Origin: Anolis carolinensis
Taxonomy: Eukaryota
DNA: 64,000 nucleotides
Direction: 5' to 3'
Assembly: GCF_035594765.1 (NCBI RefSeq)
Contig: NC_085846.1
Span: 42,457,190 to 42,521,189 of the forward strand
The stretch's first letter is position 1. Each line of letters opens with the position of its first letter. A program made the position numbers and the translations under genes. Shown here piece by piece: positions 1 to 12,600 of the stretch. The notes under the pieces were generated by a model. It was not told where the DNA came from, did not search any database, and was given only the letters and a program-made list of their open reading frames with translations.

Positions 1-19
1 AGAGTCAAGCTTCTTTGGA

Positions 20-23
<4 letters not shown>

Positions 24-67
<44 letters not shown>
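24..67. repeat. (TG)n(TA)n microsatellite
   Basis: Seen directly. Confidence 0.95.
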
Positions 68-532
68 GATGATGAGTGTGCTGTAATAGAAATGCAAAAT
101 GAGTGGGTATGTTGATGGAGTAACAAGTTCAATCTCAGTGATGATTGAACATATGAATAAAGGAAAAATGTCTATGTCTCGTGCATCGATACAAGTCGAA
201 GTACAGTAAAAGTGTTGTAATAAAACACATATGAGAAACTTACTTTGTAACTGTGAGCAGAATGCTCAGAAATGGGTTCTTGGTACATCACACATAGTTG
301 AAATACTCTTTGTCATCACAGCTACTAAAAGTTCCTTAATCATTGAGAGTGAAGTTGTCACTCCATCACAACCCACAGAGGCATCACTCCATGAAGTGGA
401 CTAGAGTCCACAAAATCTTATAGTAAAACTGTCTTTCTCTCAATCTCAAAGGAGCCAAGGGATTCATTTGCATCTTTGGTTATATTCATGTTCATTCAAA
501 AATGTGATTTTTAAAAAATATTGTTATTTTAG

Positions 533-649
533 GAAATGTTGAAAAAGTGCCATCTTTGTATAGAATCAATTGTTCAAGCCAAAGACAGACAGGCTGCTGA
601 AGCAAATAAAAATGCAAGCATTCTTTTAGAGGAGTTGGATTTAGAGAAG
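533..649 (+). CDS. ANKRD17: ANKRD17 exon (EMLKKCHLC...LDLEK)
   Basis: ttttag acceptor, AG|GTAAGA donor, 117 nt. Confidence 0.93.
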
Positions 650-3600
650 GTAAGAAATAACTTTTTGATTAAAAATTATCTCTGGGTTAAAAAAAATGAA
701 AATTATAGAAGCCTTGAGTTAAGGAATCATGTAATCATTATCAGAAAAGTACCTATGGCATGGTCCTTTTGCAAAGGACATTCTGGTGAATGGATTATAG
801 CATGGACATGACTATAGTTGGAGTGCTAGTATTGAGTGAAAAAAATTGTTTCCTGCAACAGGATCCAATTCACAACAAAGAGCTTCATCTTAGAAGAATC
901 TGCTTTTGAATAAAGGGTTTTCCCCACAATACTTTAGAATTAGCACTCACAGGCTACCAAGATATTTCAGAAGGGAAGATTTATGCTCTTCTTTTTAAAT
1001 ATTATGTTTCCATGGATGACGTCTTGTTTGAAACAGAGACAGAATTCTTACCCAATGAATGTTCTATTTTTCTGATAGATCAGAAGCCACTCCTTGTTCT
1101 GAGTAGTCACCAAAATCCTGGACTCTTAGTAAAGTGGTGACTAATCTAGTTGCTGCTGTCTTTCTAGTTTAGGGCTAAGTTCTCTCCTTAGGAGCAGTGT
1201 TGTGGGCAGGGCAGCAGCATGGAAAAATACTTGGTTGTGCTACCAGGAAATGGGTTTGTATTGCTAATTCTGTCTAGCCAGGGTTTGTGTCAGTAAATCC
1301 AAACAGTTTGGATAAGCACTGGATCTCATACAAATGGAAACAAACAAAAAACCCAGACAAAGCATTGGTGATCATGAAGGAGAACTAATGTCCAGTAAGC
1401 CCTGTTTATTTTGTGATTTTGTGTAACCAAGGGTATACTTTGAGATGAAGCAGCTAACCAAATTGTTATATTTGGCCAGACATCCAAATACGGAGCATTT
1501 CAGAACATAATTTCAAGTGTAGTTTTCTCTTAGGCTGATGTTGCTTTTTGGCATACTTGTTCTTTGTAGTTGTTAAATGAGGACACTCATTCTGCCTCTA
1601 TTTGGCAACTGCTTTTTAAGAACTGTTTGACTCCAAATAACTGGATAATGTGAACCCTGAATTTCTGTTATCACTAATTTTAGGATGGGGCATTCTTTGC
1701 ATCCTGATGAAAACACATACCTCTTAGAGCAGGGCAAAACCAGTTAGCATTTTGCATTATAAGAACGTCTACAAATTTCCAGTTTCAGGCTTAGATATTT
1801 TAAGACCAATTGGATGATGTTTTCCTTTCCGCTTTGCTGCTTTACTTTTGCTTTGTAGTTAGATATTTTCCATCATTGATGTACTCATGACTGTATTTAT
1901 CTTGGAAACTGAACTTCCCTAGGCTTCAACCAGAAACTAGCATGTTCCATAGGACCCTTTGGAAATGTTTGAAAAAGGACTGTACTTTCTACCAAGAGGA
2001 AATGCCCCTGAAATTACTAAGAAAGGGAATGCATAATAATTTCTAATTTCTGTTTTAAATCACTTGTTATTCAAGTTGTCAAAGGTGACACATACAAGAG
2101 ACCTGCAAAGAAACCCAATTCTGAACCTCTCCCTCCTGTAGACCTACTGAATAAGAAAATATTTAGCAAATCACATAAAATTTGTGAGCCAGTAGATTTC
2201 ACCTCTGTTCTGGTAGGCAGTGTTGCTTAAAATACATTAATCTAAATAGCCTTAGACAAAATTCACGATACATATGTAGCTTTAGTGTGAGCTAACAGAT
2301 ATGTGGGATATTTTTTTTGCATAAACACTGAGAGTTCATATAAGTAGTCAACTTGGATTGATTATTCTCAGTTTAATGAAAGGCCCAGCCAGGGGTGGCC
2401 TTACGTATACAAGATCTAGTTGTTGTTTCATAGCTACCTTTGATTGCCTTTGAATGATCTTAACTTGCAGCTAAGGGAAGAAAGTAGAAGGCTGGCTCTC
2501 GCTGCAAAAAGAGAGAAAAGAAAGGAGAAGAGACGAAAGAAAAAGGAAGAACAGAGGAGGAAGTTGGAAGAAATAGAGGCAAAAAACAAAGAAAATTTTG
2601 AACTACAAGCTGCTCAAGAAAAGGAAAAACTGAAAGCTGAAGGTAAGAATTAGGCTTGTATGCTGTAGACTCAGAGTAAGTTGCAAAAATTCTTCCGGAC
2701 ACAAACATTTATGTTCTTCCATTCTTAGCATCTGTGTTTTGCTCCAAAACAATTATCTTTAAACTGGTCATTAATCCTATCAACCAGACTGTATTTGGGG
2801 ATGCTTTGAAAGTGATTTTTCTGCTTTTTGGCAGAGGGTTGGACAGGATGGCCCACAGGATCTCTTCCAACTCTATGATTCTATGACTATACAACAAGTC
2901 AGGGCAAAGTCAGGATAAATTATTGAAGAAATGTCATGTGATTATGGGCTAACATTGATCAAACTTAGAAGATAGAAATTGAAAAATGCATCCAGGGATG
3001 ATTTTCCCCTTTGAAGGCCAAACATGTAGATCTATGTTTTTGTAACATGCTAAGAGGAGATGGTGTGGCTCATCTGTTCTTGCCTTTTATACCTGTTCTG
3101 CTGTTCATAGATGCTGACTAAGGGATTCTAGAGAAGGTTTTGTTTACTTTTCCTGTTGTAAGGAGGCATACCGTTGCATTGGCTAGAACAGAATCTGCTC
3201 TTTCTGTGCTCAGGCTTCCAAGTATTGTTTACTATGGACATTGTTTCTGCAACCTAACACTAAAACTGCGTATTTATAGACCTCCTTCATCATTCTCCCA
3301 GTGCTGATACTGCTAAAAAATCTTAGGTAGACAGAGTACAAAGAGGAAATGGAAGACTAGGTAGACATAAAATTGTGCTACCGTGCACAATTCAAAGTGC
3401 TGGCTTTGGCCTATAAAGCACTAAATGGTTCTGGCCCAGCTTACTTGTCTGAACATATCTCCCTCTATGAACCATCTTAGAGTTTAAGATCATCTGGAAA
3501 GGCCCTGCTCTCGCCTCCGCCTTCTTCACAGGCGTGATTGGTGGAGACGAAAGACAGAGCCTTCTCGGTGGTGGCCCCTCAGCTATGGAACTCCCTTCCC

Positions 3601-6600
3601 AGAGAGATTAAATAAGCTCCCTCCTTCCTGACCTTCAGCAAAAAAGTGAAGACGTGGCTCTTTGACCAAGCCTTTGAAAATCTAGTGCAATAATTAGATA
3701 TGAAAGATGTGTAATTGTCCTATGGAACAGCCCGGACTACGCCTATGAATCACGTGATTTTAACTTGTTGTATGGATTTAAATGCTTTAATTGTTTTAAT
3801 GGTATGGTTATTTTTTTTTCACATTTCAATTAATTTTTATTGTGATTTTGTTATACAGTACATATTAAGGGGGCAAGGGGAGGGTAAAGGAGGGGCGTTG
3901 GGAAGGGAAGGTTTGGGGGAGGAAAGGTTGAGACCAGAGGAGGGAAAGGGTATGTTGAAAGGTTCTGGGGTAGGAAAGGGGAGGGGAGGGGTATGTCTGG
4001 GGGGGTATAGGGGGGGTACATTAGGGGGTTAGGGAGGAAAGGGGGTATGTGTGGATTTCCGATCTGTATTCATCTTATTTCTTCTCTTCAGTCACCACCT
4101 ACAGTCATTTATTCTTCTTTATTCCTTTGCTTTGGTATGGTTATTTTTATTGTACTATGTTTTTAAAGGCATTGCCCATGTTGTGAAGCCGCCTTGAGTC
4201 CCCTCCAGGTTGAGAAAGGCGGGATAAAAGAGCCATAAATAAATAAATAAATAATTGCAAAAGGCATTGTAAAAATAAGCTTCTTTCTCAGAGGCTTTGT
4301 TAACTGAGGTGTGCTTGCAAAGTAAATGTCATAACTAATGATAAGAATTGCCTTTCTCAGTTCCAAATAGTTATTGAGATTTCCCGAAACAACAGCCATT
4401 ATTACAGAATTAAATATTGCTGCCATTTCACTATAAGACATTTATAATTTCTAATATCCCACTTTATTATTATCCTGCCATCTGAAAAACGATATAGAAA
4501 ATGAATGTGATGCCTAAAACTAAAAACAACCTAAATAGTAATATTTTGGTCATAAGACAGATCCAGTTGTTATATATGTATGCAAAACATAGTCTAATTG
4601 ATTTTGGCATTATGTTATGTTATGTTATGTTATGGCGAAGTGTGTTAAAGCACTGAGCTGCTGAACTTGCAGACCGAAAGGTCCCAGGTTCAAATCCCGG
4701 GAGCAGAGTGAGCGCCCGCTGTTGCTCCAGCTTCTGCCAACCTAGCAGTTCGAAACCATGCCAATGTGAGTAGATCAATAGGTACCGCTCCAGCGGGAAG
4801 GTAACAGTGCTCCTTGCAGTCATGCCGGCCACATGACCTTGGAGGTGTCTACGGACAACGCCGGCTCTTCAGCTTAGAAATGGAGATAAGCACCAACCCC
4901 CAGAGTCAGACATGACTGGACTTAACGTCAGGGGAAACCTTTACCTTTATGTTACATTTTCTGTCAGAATCACCTAGCAAATATACCAATTTCCACTTCA
5001 GAGATCAACTTGGGAATTTACATAGAACAGATATAATGAGTCTTAGTCTCTAGCTAACCAGATTTCACTATGTGAATACATGATAACATACTCACCCAAA
5101 TAAGTCTGTCATCATCCTTTTGCAAATAATCCTTTCTGTTTATGAAAGTGTGTTTATATAACCTGGGAGGTTCCAATATAAACAAAGAGCCTTGAAGCTT
5201 TACTTTTAAGGTGCCACAATATTCTTAAATATAAAATACTTTTGTCCACAGGTTCCTCACACATTTTGCTTTCTAAACCCTCTCATGGAAACTTTTTTTA
5301 TTTTTACCTACAGCTGGAATTTGTGAGAATGTTGTGCTGCTTCTGCTTGCATCTTGCCTAGACATATGTATGTCAAGAGGGGCAACATCCAGTTATCTTC
5401 CTACTTGGCAGCTTGGACTTAAGCCCAAGTAAAGGGCTCAAGGGTTTTTCCCCAGAGGAGGGTTTTTTTTATATAATGTGAGTTGCTTGCAAAGCCTGGT
5501 AAATTGGGCCTTCACCATCAGTTTCTGAACCCAAGTGTACTGTTTGTTTGGATGTTTGTGTATCATGTTCCTGTTAACATACACTACTGTTAGAGATGGA
5601 ATAGAACTGCATGCTTTTATGCCCTATGTATCCTGCAAATAGATATTGACATATGATGTAATTTTATGGGATGCCACTACTCCATAAATGACTCCTGTAG
5701 ATTTGTGTGGGCCGGTAATATAATAGAACTATTTTTCTCAAATAGATGAGCCAGAGGTCCTCACAGAACCGCCCAGTGCTACTACCATCACCACCATAGG
5801 TATATCTGCAACATGGACAACTTTGGCAGGTTCCCATGGAAAAAGAATAAATACTGTCACCACTAGCAGCTCCAAGAGGAAAAGCCGGAAAAACAAAATC
5901 AACCAAGATTCTGTTCAGATTATTTTTGATGAGCAACTCCCAATCTCCTATTCTCAACCAGAGAAAATGAATGGTGAATCAAAAAGCAGTAGTACCAGCG
6001 AGAGTGGTGATAGCGACAACATGAGGATTTCCAGCTGTAGTGATGAAAGCAGCAACAGTAACAGCAGCCTCAAAAGTGACAGCCAATCTTCTACAATGGC
6101 CCCTATTGCTCAGAGCAACAAGAAGCAGCCCTCAGTTCTGGTCACCTTCCCAAAGGAAGAGCGGAAAGCTGTTTCTGGCAAATCTTCAGTCAAGTAAGCA
6201 TCTAAGGCTTTTGCTTCCTCATTTAACACAGCCTTCATAATAACATGATCTACAAGTCCCATTTGGCCATGCTGACTGAAGATAATGGGAGTTGTAAACC
6301 AATCTGCCTGAAAGAGTTCTGAAGAAGACTTTCTGATCTCTTAGGACACCCTTGTGACTTTTATCCTCTTTATCATGCATTATTTTATTGATTACTATAT
6401 TTAATTGCATAATAGTCATACTGTTTATCCTTTTTTACCTAAGAATAGGGGTGTGAGTATTATGTGGTGAAAAATTCCAACTACAAGACTTAACTTGACC
6501 AGCAGCCAAGTGAAGCCCTGTAACTGGAAAGGTAGCAGATATGCCCCCTTGCTTGTGCACCCATCCCCTTTGGTCAAAGAGGGATGACTATTAAATGGTG

Positions 6601-9600
6601 GTGACTATTACATGGTGAAATATGGTAGATTTGTGAATCATTTGCAAGAAAATTTAAAGGAAAATATGGGTTTTCCCCCATATGTTGTCAATTTAGGTTG
6701 ATTTGGCAGTTTTTAGTAATCATCTAGTGCATTTTTTTCTGTGAATCTTTGATACTGAGATCAGTCATCAGGACTTAATGTCAAAATATAATTAAGTGTA
6801 AACACAGCACACTTGATTTTTTTATCCTGAACAAATAATATTAAATTGTATCTTTCATGTAATTGTTCATTTGACTTTTGAGCCTGAGGGAAATGTAATT
6901 GCTTGGATTCAGGCTTCCATTCATTTCAGTAGCTGTATTCTAAAAACCATATGACTAAATCCAACATTAGTCTTCCCTAGACAGACACAATACAATCATT
7001 GGGAGGAAAGTTATTCATTACTATAAACTCTAATTTATTTTATTGGATCAACTCCGTATATTCTTGTTGGATTTGGTCTACTGAATTCATTCCAGTGTTC
7101 TGATGTTAAAGCTGCCACTCAGTAGACCAGGGGGAAGTGCCTGCATTTGTCTTGTATTTTGATCTTATAAACACTATGTTAACATGCAATTCTTTATTTT
7201 TCCCAACCCACCCCCTTTCCTGTGAAAGGTTGTCAGACGTCATTACAGAAGTCACGAATAATTCCTTATCTACTTGCACAAAATCTTGTCCATCGCCACT
7301 CTCCTCTCCTAATGGAAAAATCACTTTAGCCAGCCCTAAACGTGGTCAGAAGAGGGAAGAAGGGTGGAAGGAGGTTGTAAGAAGGCAAGTGAAATTCTGC
7401 TACTATGATCAATTTCATTTTCCTCAGTGGCAGTCTCCTTTTCAAAGGTTTTACATTAGTATTGTTTTATATTGTTGCAAAACGTCATATTTAGCTGGTA
7501 ATTGTATGCATTGTTTTATGTACACATATCTCAGCTTGTTATTTCAAGTCATGGATTAATATCAAAGCTTTTTCTAGGCCAGCACCAGATAAGCAGAAGG
7601 TGAATATCCTTCCCATGCTAGTGATTTTACTCAGTCTTGTCAGCCTTTTTCATAGAAGATGGGCATTTTTAAAGTGCTTCAGTATTTGGTGTTGTCCACA
7701 ACTTTCTAAGTCTGGCCCTGAAATCTCAATTCCTAGTTTCATGTATTGCTGCAGCCTTTCTTTGCACTTACAAATTAGCTGGAAAGGACAAACTCTTAGA
7801 ATGTACAAGAATGTACCTTTCTGGCCCACTAAATTTGTGATTCTGTGAGTTTACTTGCATGTAAAAAGCTCCTTGATACAAGAGCCTGCTGTTCATCATG
7901 ATTTATGTACCTACCTCGCTCCTTACTTATCTCTGCCTAACTTGGAGTTTATTGAAACAATTATACTTGATATTCATAAGTTTTTCTTTTTTTAGATCAA
8001 AGAAGGTCTCTGTTCCATCGACTGTTATTTCCAGAGTAATTGGAAGAGGTGGTTGTAATATTAATGCTATCAGAGAATTCACTGGAGCGCACATAGACAT
8101 TGATAAGCAAAAGGACAAAACAGGCGACAGAATCATAACAATAAGGTAATACAAATTCAGATTTTTTATTTTAGCTGTCATAATAATATGTTAAATGAGA
8201 CAGATTTCTGAATATTTTTATAGATACGTTTGTAAGAGCTGCAATTAAACATAGTATATTGTTGGTCTTTAGCAGAAGAGATGCATCTATGAGCTGCTAC
8301 TAGTGGATCAGTACTCTTGTACTCTTCCAGGACATATATGAGATTCATGCAGACCAGTAATGTCTCTCCAGGTTTCCAGTTGACAATAACATTTGGCAGT
8401 TCTTGAAAGCCAGTGGGCATTCTCAGTCCTCCCTGCTTTTTTCCTTCTTCTTTTCCTTCTTTCAGTTTATACTTCTGGATATTTCAAGATTCACCTGAGT
8501 ATGCTGATACTTCTTTGCTTGTTTCACACTGGCTCTGTTTTGGTTCCAGTCCTGTGGATGATTGTTGTTAGAAAAAAGCTATTATTCTACAAATACTATA
8601 CTGTAAAGCTGTTAAATTTCATTTCTTCAAAGTTTATTCATTTTGTACATTTTCTTAATATGTGGGAAAATGTCAATGTATTTGTAAATGAGAAAACAGT
8701 GGTCAGGTCCTCATGTGTTTGTTCAATTCTGTTAATAGGGGAGGCACTGAATCAACAAGACAAGCAACACAGCTCATAAATGCTTTGATTAAGGATCCAG
8801 ACAAGGAAATTGATGAGCTCATTCCAAAGAATCGTTTGAAAAATTCTGCAGCCTACCCCAAGACGGGGATGGCAATACATACCGCCACTGCAACTGCTCA
8901 CAGTTCTGTAAACGGAAGCAAGGCAACCACAGTAGCAATCTCATCATCACCTCAGATTTCCACAGCACTTTCCGTGCCTGCTGCTTGTTCCGTATCTACT
9001 CACAAAACAGTCAAAAACCCTGTGAATAATGTGCGGCCTGGATTTCCAGTTTCTCTGCCATTAGCATATCCTCCTCCCCAGTTTGCACATGCTTTGCTTG
9101 CTGCTCAGACTTTCCAACAGATCCGTCCTCCGAGGTTGCCTATGACTCATTTTGGAGGAACTTTCCCACCAGCCCAGTCCACCTGGGGCCCCTTCCCCGT
9201 TCGACCTCTGAGCCCTGCAAGAGCAACCAACTCACCTAAGCCTCACACGGTGCCTCGCCATAACAATCAGAACAGCAGTGGTTCTCAGGTGAATTCAGTG
9301 GGTTCTTCAACATCCAGTCCGACAGCTACCACGAGTTCAGCTGTGTCTACTGTGCCTGTTTCTTCTGCAAGTGGCAGCCCCAGCTCACCTTCAGTTCGAA
9401 GGCAGCTGTTTGTCACTGTAGTTAAGACATCCAGTACCACCACGACCACAATAGCAACCACAGCAAGCAACAATAGCACAACACCTACCAATGCCACATA
9501 TCCTTTTCCTACTGCCAAAGAGCACTATCCCGTGTCGTCCACTTCCTCCCCTTCTCCACCAGCCCAGCCAGTGAGAGCTTCTAGAAGCAGTCCTTCAGAA

Positions 9601-12600
9601 TGTGTGACAGGTTCTCCAAGTAAAGGCGTGCTTTCCTCTGATCAGGAAGTGGGGAGCCCTCCAGCAGTCGAAGCAGCAAATCTGGCCAGCAACAGGCAAT
9701 CAAGCAGTGGTTCTGTTGGTGTTTCTTCAGAGCACCCTTCTCAGCCACAGCCTCTCAGGTCTGTTTCTCAAGAAGCGAGGCCACCTCTACAGCAGCCTCA
9801 GGTTCCATCACAAGATCCTCGAATGGTTGTGCCTCCAAACTTAGCAGCAGTGAGTTCTTCTGCCCCAGCAGTTGCTCCCGCTATTGCACCTGTGAATTCC
9901 CCAGCAAACTATCTTTTGCCTCAAGCATCAGTGGCAGCTCCTCAGCAACCTCCTCCAGTTAAAATGGAAAGCCCCGCTATCCGGCTGCCTTCCCATGGGA
10001 CAAATCCCACGCACAAGAATTCCATTCCTGTCCAGAATTCTTCAGTTGCCGTCCTTAATGTCAACCACATAAAAAGACCCCATAGCGTTCCTTCATCAGT
10101 GCAACTTCCTTCTACCTTAAGTACACAAAGTGCTTCTCAAAATTCAGTCCACCCACCAAACAAGTCTATGGCCACTAACTTCAGTGCTGCTTTACCATTT
10201 GGACCCTTCAGCACACTGTTTGAAAACAACCCTGCTTCTGCTCATGCCTTCTGGGGTGGATCTGTCTTGTCATCTCAGACAGCTCCAGAGTCCATTATAC
10301 CTGGAAAATCTTCATTTCTGCCAAACCCAGATACATTACACCAATTAGATACTTCCAAAGCTCCAGGTTTTAGGCCCCCACTGCAGAGACCAGCTCCAAA
10401 TTCCTCAGGTGAATATTTACACTTTCTTTTCTTGCTTCACAATACTATCACACAATTTATATATCAATTTATGTATCTTTATGTGTACTTGATACTAAAT
10501 AATCTGGTTAGTATAACTTGATCTTACTGTGTATTTCTTGCATATTGTTTCCCAGTAGTTTGAAACTTTTGGATGGGATAGAGGTATTCTTTCTCTGCAG
10601 TAGGAACCTTTTTCATGGAAGAAAGGCTTAGCTGGAGCACAGAATATCAGATATTTCATATTTCCTTCTCACAACTCATCTTTCTCCTCAACAACAAATT
10701 GATCTGCTCTGTACAAATGTAAACTAGTTGAATATCAATAGAGAAATTATAACTCAGTGTCATTGAGCACCATGGAAAGATGACAAATTATCTCATTATT
10801 TTGCATGTTTGGATTAGTAAATTCATAAGATCCCTTCCTTTCAATAGATTTATTTTGTACATTTTGTACAATTTATGCCAAGTTAGAAAAGTACACAAAG
10901 AAAAGCTTTTTCAGTTGACACAGAAACTGTTTGCTAAATGTTCAAGTGAGCCAGGGCCTGCAGCCAAGTGACGAAAATCAGCCGAACAGCTGATTTTAAA
11001 ATTGGTTTCACTGGTTTTTTTGTTCCCATGGAGTTGTGCTGTTCCGTGCAATCTGAATGGACGAAACGGTACAAAACCACGAATGAAACAGATGAAACAG
11101 GATTCAACCCCAACCCTACTTCTAGTTTATCTTGAGATTGTGAAGACGTAAGGGAACTCACAATATAATTTTGGATAGGTATCCTGTTTAAATGTACTTG
11201 CAACTAGGGTTTAAGTGCAGTTGTTAGTGCCAGGTAGAACAAACACATTTAATGAATTTTAATGAATTATTTTAAATGGAACTAGAAGGTGGACTTATAT
11301 CATTATTAGTAGAACTAATATTTTGCAGATCATTTGATAGGTATTGTCAGCATGGATTCGCCATATGGTTCTGTAACACCTTCTTCTACGCATTTGGGCA
11401 ACTTTGCCTCAAATATTTCAAGTGGTCAAGTGTATGCACCGGGAACACCTCTTGGAGGAGCACCGGCAGCTGCTAATTTTAACAGACAGCATTTCTCCCC
11501 ACTCAACCTTTTGCCTCCATGTTCCTCTGCATCAAATGGTGAGTTTTGTTGAAGTATTTGTAACTCTGGGTATTCCAACATTCTATTAGATCTCCCGGAT
11601 TGGTGCCATACAGAAGGAGAGAATTACTTCTTTTTCATTGGCTCTGTTTTGATTGGAATATTTTTTACACTGAAATGGTTACAGTCATGCCTCCATTATG
11701 TCCACTAGAGCCTAATAGTATAGCCTGTCTGATTCTGTACTATTAAAGGATTTAATTTAATCTTTACAGAACATACAGTTTGGTTTGCTGACAGATTAAA
11801 CTCTCCCTTTTTCTTAGAAATTGGAATGCTGACAACTGTGCTTGTGATGCACTCTGCCAAAAAGATCCTTCCAATAATTATTCCCATTGTACATTTAGAA
11901 AGTCAGTTGTGAATACCTGAAATAATTGGCCCAGCATTCAGCTTGGTGGGTAGAACATGGTTAGGTGGATTTTGATCATGACGTAGCAGCCAATGAGGTT
12001 CAGTCTCCTGTTGTAAGTGTAGATTGTGGTGGAAGCCTGTCTTCTTGAAATGTTAGAACTGTTGAACTTCTCTAATGTGTTTAAATACTCTTTTTTCTCT
12101 AGAGCCCCCTGCTCAGCCAGTATCTGCGGGAGTTAGAGCACCCTCCCCAACACCTTCGGCTGTTTCCCTCGGGTCAGAAAAGCCCAACAGTGTGTCTCAG
12201 GACAGAAAGGTCCCTGTCCCAATTGGAACTGAGCGTTCTGCACGTATCAGGCAAACTGGAACAACGACGCCCTCTGTTATAGGCAGCAACTTAGCCACCC
12301 CAGTCGGTCACAGTGGTATATGGTCTTTCGAAGGGATAGGGGGAAATCAAGGTGGTAGGTATTGCTTGTACACATTTATGTATCATCCTCTGCTACTGTG
12401 TTAGGGGGCAGCTAAGGCCTTGATTGGAATGGCAAGAAGGCAGCGAAGGCATAGGAATGGCAAGAATTGTATTTGTTCCATAGCACCGTCATTGTTTATT
12501 GTTTATTGATTCATTTAAAGTTAAATATTTAAATTATTGTTTTAAAAACTAATATTACACTGTGGTGCATTACAAAAAAACTGGAGCAAAACCAATCTGC

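Noticed and set aside
4633-4720. tRNA gene
   Set aside because: A/B-box-like head belongs to a SINE; no complete cloverleaf
8713-10521. 602-aa ORF as a standalone gene
   Set aside because: It is the large internal ANKRD17 exon plus read-through into flanking introns
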